A stretch of DNA of 63,610 bases, filler included, from Rhabdomonas costata (taxonomy: Eukaryota): NCBI GenBank assembly GCA_019059605.1. It is 54 parts of 54 records of this genome, joined end to end, with 100 filler letters (N's around TTAATTAATTAA, not from the genome) between each part and the next. Parts side by side here need not be neighbours in the genome. Positions count along the whole stretch, not along the records: positions 34,228 to 35,307 come from JAHMHO010029685.1; positions 35,408 to 36,486 come from JAHMHO010029686.1; positions 36,587 to 37,666 come from JAHMHO010029687.1; positions 37,767 to 38,846 come from JAHMHO010029688.1; positions 38,947 to 40,026 come from JAHMHO010029689.1; positions 40,127 to 41,206 come from JAHMHO010029690.1; positions 41,307 to 42,386 come from JAHMHO010029691.1; positions 42,487 to 43,562 come from JAHMHO010029692.1; 46 more parts are not named here. One strand, given 5' to 3'. The translations under genes and the position numbers were made by a program. The notes under the pieces were generated by a model. That model made no database searches. It saw only the letters and a list, made by a program, of their open reading frames with translations, and had not been told where the DNA came from. This document shows, piece by piece, positions 35,131 to 48,282 of the stretch; the stretch's first letter is position 1, and each line of letters starts with the position of its first letter.

Positions 35131-37878
35131 CCAGCATCTGTTCTTTTTGTTGACACGTGTCATTCCGCCCGCCCCACCACTTTTAGAGACTATGAACGGC
35201 GCCTTCCCGCCCATTGCATCCCTTGGTGCTGTGCTGTCTTGCCTTCCGGGTTGCTAGAAAAACGGAGGTTTCCGCAAGGAAACAGAATTTTTTTTTTGGA
35301 ATAAAAANNNNNNNNNNNNNNNNNNNNNNNNNNNNNNNNNNNNNNNNNNNNTTAATTAATTAANNNNNNNNNNNNNNNNNNNNNNNNNNNNNNNNNNNNN
35401 NNNNNNNTGTGTTTTGTCATATTTCGACGTACAAAGCTGATTCAACGACTCAAGTTCGTGAATATTCAAGAACTTGAGTCGTTGAATCAGCTTTGTACGT
35501 CGAAATATGACTAAATAACTAAATACCAAAACAATTTTGCTGGCCTCCAATCAAAAAACAGATTGCGGTGCAAACGGTGAGTCTGCAAGCAATTAACGCG
35601 GCAGAGATTTGTGCTGGAATTCCGGAGGTTGTCACACAGATAGGAGAGCATTTTAGTCGGTGTTCTGATGAGTTTACCATCTTCTCTTCTCAAAAGCTCT
35701 GTTATCTTAAATTAGAGTGATGTATGAAATTCCGACTTACGTGCCATTAAAGTACCGCGCGTTGGTGATAACGTTTTCCGTTTTTTTTTCCTACCACCAA
35801 TTGTCTACGTTATTCAAGTGTTCTCGGTGATTCCATTATTATCTGTGGACATTACCTGATAAAATGACCTACGTTAACACATGCATAGCATGTGTTTGGT
35901 ATTTTTTCTTTAGACTGTGGATTATTAAGCACGCCTTATCTGCGGTATCGGAAAGGATACGATGGCCTCCCGTTAAACCGTCACGTGGCGGTGTGAGTCT
36001 TTGTAATTTTCTACGGGGTTGGTTTTTATGCTCCGAATAAATCACGCTCTTGCTCCAACCCTTGGTTGCAATTGATTCATGCCTTACGGAGCATCTGAAA
36101 AGGGGCTGTTGTTTTTGAGGTTTCTGATGGGAATTTGTCTTGGTGGCATTCCAGCGCGATGCGCCTATATGCCGCCCTTATCGCTGTTGGCGAAGCCTTT
36201 TCATTCACTTCAATTCACCCCCGCTTCACTGAAGGACTTCTTCGGTGCTTCTTCCATCCGCTGAAGTTTACGCCTCTCCTGCATCCGCATTCCTCCATTC
36301 CTCAACACTTTTTTGTGATCGCATTCTGACACAGCTTTAGTTCTGCGACTTCTCCTCTTTATGTGTCAATTACACAAGCCTGGCGTCTCTTTCTGATTCT
36401 ATCATTGCTCACATGTCTGACTCACCGCGGATTAGCCTTCCCGTCCCACGTTCCTCACTTTGCATCTTCTCTTTCTCCCGCCCATTNNNNNNNNNNNNNN
36501 NNNNNNNNNNNNNNNNNNNNNNNNNNNNNNTTAATTAATTAANNNNNNNNNNNNNNNNNNNNNNNNNNNNNNNNNNNNNNNNNNNNAACATTAGCATCAT
36601 GATCAGCATCTTGAGGCAACTGCGGTTTGTAGTAATAAAAAGATGATTCACGACATATCGAGCCATAAGATCGTCTGAGCAAAGGCGTGGCAGAAGCCAG
36701 CCCTAGCGGGCGAAGCCGGGGAGGGAAAAGCCAGAAGGCATTACGTATCACCTACCAACATGAGCGCGGACACTAGCGGCAACCTCGAAACCACAGAACC
36801 ATCAGCCGCGCACGCACACACAAACACACACACAGAAGAGTTGACGACACCGAGCCGGTGGATGTCCGACAAGCCTTGCTTTTCCACTGCACCCAACCAA
36901 TATTCTGGAGGCTTCGGGTCGGCGGCTGAGAGTGGAGCGGTCCAGTTGGCGGAAACGAGCCGGAGAGGCCAACGCGGACTACCGGAAAGCGCCACCGGCA
37001 TGAAAAAGCCGATTTATCTTGAAGGAATCGCAGCCGGCGGCGCGGATACCAAAAACAACGAACGGCGAGGAGCAAGGCCGGATGGGCGCACCACCACGGA
37101 TAATTGATGAGCTTTCCGGAAACGAGCACACCAAAAGTCGACAGGCCAGAATCCTGGAATGCACACACCGCCGCCAATTGAAGGGCCTTTCTTCCATTTG
37201 GGATAAATCTGGCTGGACTGCCCCGGTCTGGTCAAATACGAAGCGCTCAATACCCCATGGTTGACCATGCCCTTGTCATTGTCTGTCTTGCTTGCCAAAA
37301 TCTTCTTCGGTTTGTTCGCCGTTGGGTCCGGGCAATAATTTTCCACCTCCAGTTTGGTTTTGCCCAGGGGTCCCGGGGGTACCTGCCCAGCGGTGCTTCC
37401 TGCTGGTAGGGACGGCGTGCTCGAGACTAGAAGGTTGGGCTTACACGACACCGAAAGTGAAGCTCCACCCAAAATCGGAGGGCTTTATTTGATTTCTTTC
37501 CACTTTTGGGGCACGGCAAAGGTTTTGGGGACTTTCCAAACTTTGGGGATTCTTGTTCCAGGGCTTTTGGCAATAACCAGTCATGCTCTAAGCGTCGGAA
37601 GGCAGCGTTTTGCTGACCCAGTAAACGCAGGCGGAGATGAACTTCTCCGCTATGGACAGCATAACTNNNNNNNNNNNNNNNNNNNNNNNNNNNNNNNNNN
37701 NNNNNNNNNNTTAATTAATTAANNNNNNNNNNNNNNNNNNNNNNNNNNNNNNNNNNNNNNNNNNNNGTTGGGTGGTCCATCTGAGATTTCAGATGAATCT
37801 CAGATGGACCACACGGGACCGAGCAAAGCAGCAGAACAGAAAAATAGAGAGGCACGTCCAAAAGGAGCGAGCGCTTAC

Positions 37879-38746
37879 CTGGGTTGAAAAGGTTCGTTGG
37901 ACTGGAGCGCCAGCCCACGCTCCGGGACAGCGCCCCAGTCTGCATGGACGGCGACTGCATCAGGTCAACGTCAGGAATGAACGCCGCGAGGACGTTCCAA
38001 ACCGGCATCAAGGTGACCGGATCCAAGGGATAGATCTCTTCTCCCATCAGGCTGTGCAATGGAAGAGAAAGTATCAAGACAGGTGCGAACAATAGAGGGT
38101 GTATTAGATACAGGTTAGGAACGTTCCGTGAGTTGTGTCGTGTCAAACATTGGAGATTAGGAGCAGGCACTCCACACAAACGAGAAGGCCAGTAATGCAA
38201 AAAAAAAAGGGGGTGGGTGCACCCACCGATGGCAAAATGGAACGCGAACCTACAGTTGCTGCCCGGAAAGTGCACAGTGTCAGTGCACACTGTGGCGTTG
38301 AACGAACAGAAAACAGAGATGCCGGCTGTGGGGTTCCAGGCCATGGCCCGTGCAGGTCCCGGGTTGCCCGGCCACTGCAGGACTGACCAGATGTACGTCC
38401 CCTCCACACTCACAATCCCAGGCAGCGTAAGTGGCCTCCACGCCGTCCATGCGTTCGCAAAGTCGTCCATACGAAGGCCGGCCCGCAGGAAGTACAGAGA
38501 CTCTACAAAATTCATCTGATGACCAATCTGCACTTTGGACACAATGAGGTTCATCACGCTCTGTGCCGCCCCTTGCATGTCTACCTCCGCGATCTCACGA
38601 AGACTTTGCTGGCTCCGCAGGTAGGTCAAGTAGAATCCCAGAAATCCGGCCACCGTCATCAGCGAGATGAAGGCCACCGTAAGCAGTACCTTCAGCGACA
38701 GCACATTGTCGGCGAAGCTGCGGCACTGAGCGCCTAATTTGGACAT
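37879..38746 (-). CDS. Receptor-type membrane protein N-terminus (TM plus extracellular Cache-like region); exons 38746-38250 and 38051-37879
   Basis: SLKVLLTVAFISLMTVAGFLGFYLTYLRSQQSLREIA resembles N-termini of dCache-bearing cyclases/kinases; 198-nt in-frame GT-AG intron. Confidence 0.55.
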
Positions 38747-41306
38747 CGGCTTTGCGCTCAGGAAGGGCAAGCAAACAAAATGAAATGGGCTGTTGGAAGG
38801 GAAATTTCATTTTGTTTGCTTGCCCTTCCTGAGCGCAAACACCAACNNNNNNNNNNNNNNNNNNNNNNNNNNNNNNNNNNNNNNNNNNNNTTAATTAATT
38901 AANNNNNNNNNNNNNNNNNNNNNNNNNNNNNNNNNNNNNNNNNNNNGGTTGGTTGTGTAGCTCTCAGACTTCCACCTCAACAACCCCGCACAAGTGAAAA
39001 GATCAACAAACCCGAAAAGGCAGAGCAGTGGAAGTCTGAGAGCTACGCAACCAGTACCTTGTGGCAACAAAAAACGACTTTCAGGTCCGCAGAAGATGCA
39101 TAAAACAACGCTAACCTTGAATTTAACCGTACGCTCGTCAAAAAGTGAGGTCATCAGCGAGACATTGGCCCAGTTTTCGGTGTTCACCATGTATGCGACG
39201 CACGCTGAGTCGCTGGGGGGTGAAAACGGCACTGTAAGAACATCGCAGCCGGACTCTTGATGGAGCGTGAGGTACTCCGGAGGAGCTGCACAAAAAAGAT
39301 TCAACAAAAAAGTATTCAGACTTGAAGCGGACAACGTCCAGCCTACATCACAGCTAATTCCCAGTACTACAGGAAAAACAAAGTCCGTTGATCCGAGCTA
39401 GCGCTTGCATTGGCGCTGAGGGTGGCTTTCGGTTGCTGGGTTTACTTTCGGGAAAGCGGAAGTAAATTGCACAATGTTCCGCGTCAACGTATTCCATGCC
39501 GCCACCTTGACAACAAACGCCCAGAGAAACTATCAATCCCGGCATGCTAACAGTGTTGTGGTTCATGACAATGCAGTGTTAACCGTTTGGGCCCCAGTGC
39601 TTCTTCGGCACCTCCTTGATGATGCGCTCCAGAAGGCTGCCGTATTGACCTTGTGGAGGGCGCCCCAAAGAGGCCTTCAGAAGAGGCCACTCCACTGAAG
39701 CGAACGGTGTGGACACCGCAGGATGAGATGGAGCGGCGCTCGGAAGAGATCCAGAACCAGAGGCAGATGAATTTGCGGAATTGGCTGGAGGTCACGTGTT
39801 TTTCTGCCGGTCTCTTAAAACAACGTAACAAACACGAGACCGACCAGATTGACTTACTAGTCATGTCGACGACAGCATTCAGGTCACTGGTTAATTTTTC
39901 AGCGCACAACGACCATGGTAAAGAGTAGCAGCAGCAAAGTGCTGTGGTTGCTATTTTCATTCAACACAAGTTTTCGTTCCGAAAACTCACGTTACCTCAC
40001 CCCTGATTTGACTCAAACACACCCCCNNNNNNNNNNNNNNNNNNNNNNNNNNNNNNNNNNNNNNNNNNNNTTAATTAATTAANNNNNNNNNNNNNNNNNN
40101 NNNNNNNNNNNNNNNNNNNNNNNNNNGGGGGGTTGGGTAGGAAGTATGGCTGCGCCTCGGACGTGGACGTGGAGACGCGGGATGGGGTCCTCGCGTTATA
40201 AGCATTGTATTGATACTTAACAGCGATATCTTGCAGCGAAGATAACTTTTAGCACATCGAACCACATTCCGGTATTATTTCCAAGGCGCGTCCTTTTCAG
40301 AAGCCGAATCGAAATTTCTCATATTTCACTTTCTTCATGTAGAATAGCTTGTGCGGATAATGTCTACCTCGTGTGATAAAAGCCTTTTCCGTGGCCCGAC
40401 TTCTTCTACGGAGAGTCGGAGCGGCCCCCACGTGGCTCTTGGTAGTGAATCGAGCGGTGATTGGTGTTGGGAATGGTTCATCGAATAATGGTCGAAGAAG
40501 AAAATAAAGTTGTCGCACAAGTGGCAAACACGATGCGCGTCTCCGGCAGATCAACGAAGAAGGTAGTAATTGTTGTGCTCTTTGGGGTGTTCTAGGATGC
40601 GCTAAGGAGGTGCTGCACTCAGCATTACAGTTAAAAAAGAGCACTTGACCCTTGTGAATCTAGACATAAATTGCGTCCCAAAGAAAATGAAACGAGAGAA
40701 GAGGCGCGCACTTTGGTGAAGGCTGTAAAACCGCAATATCATCGCTAAACTTGGGGACAATAGTGCGTGCAATCTCAAGGGCCAGAGGACTTTCGGAGAG
40801 CCTTTGCTGCGCTATATAGGAAGGACGGAGAATTTGCCGAATTGCCGGCAAGCTCGTTCTGTCCATCAAAACTTGCCCTATTGAGCACCAACACAAAACG
40901 AGGATGCATTATCGTTGCTTTATTTGCAAACTCCGCAATAGGCATTGTGAAATGATCAATTCCGAGTTCCGGCGCACGTTGCTGGCTTAAGAGCAGAGGA
41001 GAAAAGAAAAATCTCAAGAAATTGGAACGGAACCCACAACAGAAGGGAATCCAAGGTTTCACCATCAGCGCATTGGCGCTTCGGAGGTTGTTGGAATTGA
41101 GGAGGAAGACCGCATTGGACGGGCTAACCAATCCCACGTTGTTGCACAGGCAATCAGAGTTGCCAAAACGTTCAACATACCCTTTTAGGGTCGCAGCCCA
41201 CCCCACNNNNNNNNNNNNNNNNNNNNNNNNNNNNNNNNNNNNNNNNNNNNTTAATTAATTAANNNNNNNNNNNNNNNNNNNNNNNNNNNNNNNNNNNNNN
41301 NNNNNN

Positions 41307-42386
41307 TTTTTGTGTGGATGCGGGAGCTCCCCTTTCGGGCCTTGCCGCCTTGGTGACCGTACATGAGGAAGCGTGCTTCTCAGAAAAGTACGAAGACTCG
41401 CCCCAGGTCCTCCATAGCTTCTTCCTGTCGTTGGATGTTTTTGGCCGTGCAGTGCTTCCTCATGCCTTGGCCATTGGGAGGGAGGACTGGTCTCCCGCCC
41501 CCGACACTCTAGCCTCCGGCCAGTGGTTCACCTCAGTCCCGTCCCAACCATCGACTTTTCTTCAAGACGTAAAAAAGGCATGGAAGAAGTTTCGAGATGT
41601 GGGGAATTTGTTGCTATCCCGCGCCATGTTGCTGTCGGAGTTTGAGCAGAAGTGCCTTGAACACCCGCAGCTCCTTCAGTATTCATTTAAGGTGATGGAG
41701 CAAGAGATCCGGGATTGCGGAGTTTCCCCCCCACTTGCGGAGGCCCTGTCAGCCACCGCCCAGGTGAAACACCTTGAAGATGACGACCTTCCCGTGCAGG
41801 TTGCCCAGGGCATTCGGTCCCACCTAAAGAAGCACTACAAAGCCTTGATCTCCATCGGTGGCGTAACTTGTGGATCAGCTCAGTGCGTTCCCAAGAATTC
41901 GATTCGGAGGTACTGCTACGAGCGAGCGGCCGCGAGCATTCAGAAGTTGAAAGAAGTCTACAAAGCTCACAAATGTGTGTTGCGCGATCCTAACGGGAAT
42001 ATTGTCAGCTCTGTGGCGGATTATCTTTTGGCGACCACTAGAGTCTCTTCAGCTGAGAAACTTGGGCCTGCAGCCGCGCAGGCGTTGAACGCAGCCAAGA
42101 TGGATGCCAAGGGTATGTATGGCGTCGTTGCACGGTCCGCCGAAGCTTTGACGATGCCCGTCTTCAGCAAGGAGCTCAGCGTCTTGGGGGGTACACTTTG
42201 TGTCAACGTCACGAGGCTCGACTTGACTCTCACCGTGGTGGCGGTTGGCGTTTCCTGTGCAGCGCCCGCGTTGGCGTATATTTCTGGCGAATTGACCTGG
42301 TTGCAGCTGAAGAAGGCCCTTGCGGTGGGAACCCTTCAGAGTGTCAGCGGTGCCGGAGTGGGCATCCTGAAGGGTTCCCACCCCAC
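41307..42386 (+). CDS. Unknown protein; uninterrupted ORF spanning the whole contig
   Basis: About 360 codons with no stop; hydrophobic Gly/Ala-rich C-terminal part. Confidence 0.7.
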
Positions 42387-44928
42387 NNNNNNNNNNNNNN
42401 NNNNNNNNNNNNNNNNNNNNNNNNNNNNNNTTAATTAATTAANNNNNNNNNNNNNNNNNNNNNNNNNNNNNNNNNNNNNNNNNNNNGTGTGGTGGTGATT
42501 GTTCCCTGGCAACAAAAGCTGATGCCAGGGAACAATCATCATCACGTCCTCTAAATACTCTGCCCAAAAAAGTCCCTGCAATAGAGAAAATCGCGTTAAG
42601 TATGATGGATGTGCCAAATAAACCGCTGTGCTTGCTCGTGTTTAGTTGTGCTTCTTCCAAACATCAGCGGGCATAGATGCGTTTCTCTCCTTTCAGCGAA
42701 AACGGGTCACGATGAGAAAATCAACTAGATTTCAATTATTGAAAGTAGAGGAGGTTATATCATGTCGGTGGTTGCTGGCTCGAATCAAACCAAATAAGCT
42801 AGCTTCAGCTTATACCTGCCGCTAACGTTGGAACGCAGCCCGCCTTGGATAAAAGCTGCCGTGCGCAAGTAAATCAACATGAAACTGAACAGTATCAGAA
42901 GAGTTGTATATAATAATCTGCTTCCAACAGCTACTCCGCGGAGTGCTCCGTTCGCTCATCCGAACTGTCTCCTCTGGCGAAAACAGCACAGAAGCGTTCC
43001 GCACAACAAACCTGAGACGAGAGGCCGAGCGGGCTGCTTTGAGGGAGACTTGAGGGAGGACTGCCTCGGGGGCGACCTGACGGAGGAGTGCCTTGGAGAT
43101 GCCGGAGAGGCCGCCGGAATGGGCGCGGCGGCGGTGGCGGGGACCCCAGACCCAGACACGGATAACGTGGGTAAGGGAGGGTAGACGGAATGAGGAGCTA
43201 TGTTCAGACAACGACCTCATCGTATCCTCAGCATTCCCCAACCCCACCGACCAGAGATTCTCAGAGATTCTACAGAGGCTGTTGCATCACTTCCCAAGGA
43301 AGAGCCATAAATAGAAATTTGAACAGAGCTAACGACATTCAACCTCACGATCAGGAACACAAACATAACGGCCTTCCTTGAAAATGTGGTGAATATATGC
43401 ATATACGAAACGACATACCATCAACAGCTGCCTAGCCACAAAGCATGTATCTGCAGTTCTTTCTTTTGGACCATTCGGCAGGAAGAGAACTTCATGGGTT
43501 TGTAAGCAGGACTAGGAGACTTCCTTACAAGCCACCTAGGCGTTGCGAAGTTCAAAACAAAANNNNNNNNNNNNNNNNNNNNNNNNNNNNNNNNNNNNNN
43601 NNNNNNTTAATTAATTAANNNNNNNNNNNNNNNNNNNNNNNNNNNNNNNNNNNNNNNNNNNNGGTGTTGTGGAAGAGGATATATGGGAGAGTTAGGGGAT
43701 ATAGGCTCCCTTCTCCAGCGAGAAGTGGAAGGCCGCGGCCCCGCCAATACGAGGCAATTTGCCAGAAAAACCACAGGTTGAAGCAAGCCTGCTGCTGGAA
43801 TGTAATCTGGCTTCACCGTTGGAAATGTCAGTGATTGGGGAAGCAAAAGCCCCGGAGAGACCTAAACGGGTATGTTTTTACTGTTACTGTTACTGTTTAC
43901 AGAGATTGTGAATTGGCTAAAACGGAGCTGCACTACAGAAGATAAGTAACGCAGTGGCTGTAGAACAACTAAGGAAAGTGTAGTACACAAATAGATGTGC
44001 AGGAAACCTGGTCTCTCCTGTCCCACCAATTGGCTCCACCACAGCTAAAGTTCCCAGCCGCATTCTCAGAAGAGCTTCGGAGGAAAAAACCAGCCACAGT
44101 CAATGGGTGGACGACCGAGTCGCAATTAGCTCTTGCAAATAGCTCTGGTATGTCCGTTAGAAAGTCAGAGACGTTGCCATCAGTTCTGCAAGTGGAGCTA
44201 AATGGCAAGATGTTGAGCTAAATTTGGAGAAAAGATATATATCGGCTCTGAATGTGCTACATGTTGAAGATAAAAGCATTTGGATGACGCTTAGTTCATC
44301 GGAGGAGGCATAGTCGGCACTTCAACTAGCGAAATCAAATTCCACCAAGTAATAGAGCCATGCTTTTGTTCAGAGCAGGCAACGTTTGCTGGAAACTTTG
44401 TTGCAAAGCACGTCATCTCAGTTTTCAGAAAGCGTCCTCTAAAAAGGTTCAAAAATCATGTGAGATTCCGGTGTTGTCAGTGATAACGAGGAGAAGGTTG
44501 GCCATTCCAAAGGTAAGTTGTCTAGTGAACTGTCTGACTCTTGTATATACAAAGCGTTGCTTTTTAAATGGAGTGTTAAAAAATAAGAAATTTCGGAGAA
44601 TGCTTCATTTGAGGACTGGTTAGAATAACGACAGGATGTAGCAGTCAGCAACATCCCACGTGGCAATGGAAGTTGCCAGGTACCGCTTTTCGTGCTGTCC
44701 TTCCAAAACGTTGGCATGGAAGGGGATGGGTTCGTCGGGACTNNNNNNNNNNNNNNNNNNNNNNNNNNNNNNNNNNNNNNNNNNNNTTAATTAATTAANN
44801 NNNNNNNNNNNNNNNNNNNNNNNNNNNNNNNNNNNNNNNNNNTTTTTGGTTGCTTTATTCGCCTCTATTTTGCAATTGACCGACATTCACACACACACAC
44901 ACACACTTCCTATGTATCTCTCATCCAG

Positions 44929-45279
44929 GTCGACGAACCCACCGAGCCACGCTCCTCCCACCTGCAGTCCAGTGTCACCGGCGCCTCTGCCGCCCGCTCA
45001 GCCAGCCCGATCACTATGGACGAGCGGCTGGCCAACTTGAGCTTTGCTCGGCCCACCACCAGTTTCCGCTTCACCCGAACCGACACCTCCACGGAGCACC
45101 ACTCGGGGTCCCCGCACCACCCCTCGAGCGGCATGGCCAACCTGGCCACCGCCCTCTCCGGGGTCTCAGCGGCCTCCACGCCCTCCCTGGTGGTCTCCTT
45201 TCGGGCATCGGGCGCAGCCCTACCGCCCTCGGGTGAGGGGCCAGGGGCTGAGCAGGAGGAAGGCGACTCCAGCGTGTAA
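44929..45279 (+). CDS. Ser/Pro-rich terminal exon of an unknown protein
   Basis: CAG acceptor, GC3-rich frame ending in TAA, followed by AT-richer sequence. Confidence 0.6.
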   Translation, partial: VDEPTEPRSSHLQSSVTGASAARSASPITMDERLANLSFARPTTSFRFTRTDTSTEHHSGSPHHPSSGMANLATALSGVSAASTPSLVVSFRASGAALPPSGEGPGAEQEEGDSSV

Positions 45280-46273
45280 TGCCGAGACTGCGGTAAAAGG
45301 TTTGGCATACACCGCGGGGTCTTGGCGAACATGGGAACGGGCCGTCGTGGGATGTGTAGTAGTAGTAGTGTGGGGAAACTCCACTGCCAAGTTGTATCTG
45401 CGTTTGCTGCGGCGGCTTTTTTGTGGTTTGCGTCCCTTCGAGGCTGGTGATATTTTATGATCATGAAGTAACTGGTCCGTTGCGCTGGGCTTTTTTTTTG
45501 CGTCGTTTTATAGGCGGGATGATTGCGTGCCCACTGCTCTCGTCTGCAAGTCAAATACGCGACGCGCTGTTTCATAATTTCGTGAACACATTTATTCGTG
45601 AACCAAATGCTACCCAGGCTTGTTTGGGAGGGAAAGCGGACCTTCAGCTGCCACCCAGGGCAGCTACACCAGATACATGCGTGAATATACTGAATAATGG
45701 GTGAAATGTATTGATTACATTACATTAATCTTAAGTGTTAAGATTAAGAATCATTTACGTACTCGAATTAAGTAAATAAGAATCAAGAATTACTGACATA
45801 TATGTGGTTTCCCGCATGTAAGGGCAAATTCATGTTGGGTTTGGGGTGGATATTATAGCTTATTTGAAGAAGAAAAAAAAAGAGGCGTAGTGGCATTATG
45901 GGGACCTCTACCCCCCCCCAACNNNNNNNNNNNNNNNNNNNNNNNNNNNNNNNNNNNNNNNNNNNNTTAATTAATTAANNNNNNNNNNNNNNNNNNNNNN
46001 NNNNNNNNNNNNNNNNNNNNNNGTGTTGGGGGATCTGATTGAAATATTATCCAATCGCGATAGATGGTGCAGCGGGAAAGAAGCTGCACAAGACTGTACA
46101 ATATACATGAGCCGCCAAGAATGGAATGGCTGGCGTGCAAGGACCAATGCGCAGCCGTTTCCGGTGTTTTGGCATAAGCCCCAGTGGTATTTTGAGATCA
46201 GAGCTGATAGAGTTTCAGATCGGAGCACCCAGCGATGGATTTCCATAAGCGGAACAACTGTATTGGGGGGGAG

Positions 46274-46547
46274 GGGGTGTTAAACCTTAAACGCCGTTAG
46301 GGGACGTGCAAAGAGAGGGTCTTGCAAAAATTTGACTTTTGCCGTTTAATGGTATTAAACAGAAGAATTGTGGTGAAGGTATTTTCAGACCACTGGGGTT
46401 AGGCAATTGTGCCTTTACCCACTAGATGACCTTATTTTCTAAAGGGGGTTAGGTATACTGTTGTACTGCCCCGCGGATGCCCATTTTAAAACTTATTTAA
46501 AATAACTTTTCGACCGCTTACCGGCGGCTTTAAACGTTTAACACCCC
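46274..46547. mobile_element. MITE-like element, copy 2 (inverted relative to copy 1)
   Basis: TIRs GGGGTGTTAAACCTTAAACGCCG and CGGCTTTAAACGTTTAACACCCC; interior homologous to 11-373. Confidence 0.75.
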
Positions 46548-46624
46548 ACACAAACAAAATACAGCAGCTCCGTTGCTCGTGTTTGGGTGAACCTTTTCTT
46601 TGTTACCTCTGATCCTCCTCACAG

Positions 46625-46870
46625 GCCTTCAAGACGGTTGTGCTGGTCAGCGAGAGCACCATGAGCAAGGCCAGTGGTGCCTTCCGGTTCCGTGCCCTGG
46701 GCAAGATCACGGTGCCTGGGAAGAGCACTGTAGTTTCTGTGTACGAGCCCCTCTTTGCGTTGCCCCCGGAGTCCACATGGTCACCTACACAGGGAGACAG
46801 CCCAGGGGCGGGGGATTTGTTGCGGGGAAGCGGCAGCAGCGACGCACTTCCTGGAGTGGGCAGAGATGGT
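46625..46870 (+). CDS. Class III adenylate/guanylate cyclase, C-terminal part of the catalytic domain
   Basis: AFKTVVLVSESTM ... FRFRALGKITVPGKSTVVSVYE matches the ILIS-x-x-T ... R-x-LG-x-I-x-VKGK ... VYE pattern; 3' limit approximate. Confidence 0.85.
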
Positions 46871-47466
46871 GGTGGTGCGTTCCGTTTTCTTCTTCGTTGC
46901 TAGCGTTGGTCTCGTTTTGTGGTTAATGCTGTCCGAAAGGTGGATTGCGAGCGGAAGGTTGAGCGGTGAGATTCCTACAAACCGGAATCAAGAGTCTGTA
47001 TTGCAGTAACCCTCACCTTGCGGTCAACGGTGCTCGCCGATGCAGCTGTTCCGAACAATCGCAACCATGGCAACCAATGGCAACCAGCTGTTCCAACCAA
47101 CANNNNNNNNNNNNNNNNNNNNNNNNNNNNNNNNNNNNNNNNNNNNTTAATTAATTAANNNNNNNNNNNNNNNNNNNNNNNNNNNNNNNNNNNNNNNNNN
47201 NNTTAAAAATAAACAAATGGGGACTTCTTTAGGAAACCAAACCTGCATATGAAAACAGACTCCTGACGCCCTTCACTGTTGCTTTCATATGCAGGTTTGG
47301 TTTCCTAAAGAAGTCCCCATTTGTTTATTTTTAACGAAAACAATCAATGAATCACATACTTCAGAAAGAATATGGTTAGAAGGTGAAGGAGAGAGAACGG
47401 GTTGCAAACCAAATGCATCAGCGCGCAAGGCGTGAAAAATAACTGATGTCCACCAGAGCCACACAC

Positions 47467-48282
47467 TTTGGACTCATCCTCTGCTCTCTGGCGATGGTCC
47501 TGGCTGGCGCCAGCGATGACGTGGCAGAGCCTGAGACGGCCACCAGAGTCCCTAACAAGATCGGCAAGCTCCGTGGCGCATAGGATGTCGTCGAAGGACT
47601 TGTTGGGGAAGATCATGCGGAGGTCTTTTCCATCTGGATTCTGCCCGAAAAAACATTCCAGCAACCATTCGCAAGCGCTAATCGAGGAGCACAAACGTTT
47701 CAGATGACAACAACCTCTAAACCTGTGTTTTCGGGTTCCTCAACCCCCAGAGATCGGGTTCAGCTTCGAGGCTCGATTCCCCTAGGGACCCATTACGGAA
47801 GCCCCGTGCACGATCTATTCGTGGGCTGCTTTTGTGAGGCAATCCATGTACCACTGTATCCAACGACAATATACTTGCAGAGTTCAGTTGTTCCGACCGA
47901 CACAGCTCCACTGCAATGTTACAAAAGACCCCGGGCCGGCTTGGGCATGGCCCACAAAAAAACGGTGAATTCTCACTGAAAGATCGGGACAAAAGGCCGC
48001 CACAATGGCTCCAGAAAAAAAGCAACGCACTGACCTCAGCAACCAAGACTGCCCTCAAGATGGCCAGGGCGGGGGTCAGACCCGTGCCCCCGACCAGGAA
48101 GTTCATCTTTTTGGTGAAGAAGTAGTGACCATGAATGCAGAACGTGCCCCCGCCGACGTACCATAGGTGTCCCTCGGGGCCCTTCACCTTGACCCTCTGG
48201 CCGAGCTTCAGGTTCTCCAGAAGCATCGTGAGCTCTCCCCCCGGACGGCCGTCGGACGGAAAGTACATCTTACACCAACAAA
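47467..48282 (-). CDS. FAD/NAD(P)H reductase module of nitrate reductase or cytochrome b5 reductase; exons 48282-48035 and 47640-47467
   Basis: YFP ... PGG-x-LT-x-x-L-x-x-L-x-x-G-x-x-V-x-VKGP-x-GH-x-x-Y-x-G-x-G-x-F, GGTGLTP and N-x-x-x-x-DIL-x-x-x-EL motifs. Confidence 0.9.

Noticed and set aside
37715-38770. Single 351-aa ORF as listed in the track
   Set aside because: It reads through a 198-nt stop-free intron and past a GTAAGC donor; annotated as two exons instead
40770-41110. Possible RT remnants (EDFRRAFAAL, QKGIQGFTISAL)
   Set aside because: Motifs are degenerate and separated by stops; not supportable without a profile search
43185-43500. Possible Helitron Rep N-terminal remnant (NEELCSDNDLIVSSAFP)
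   Set aside because: One short weak motif only
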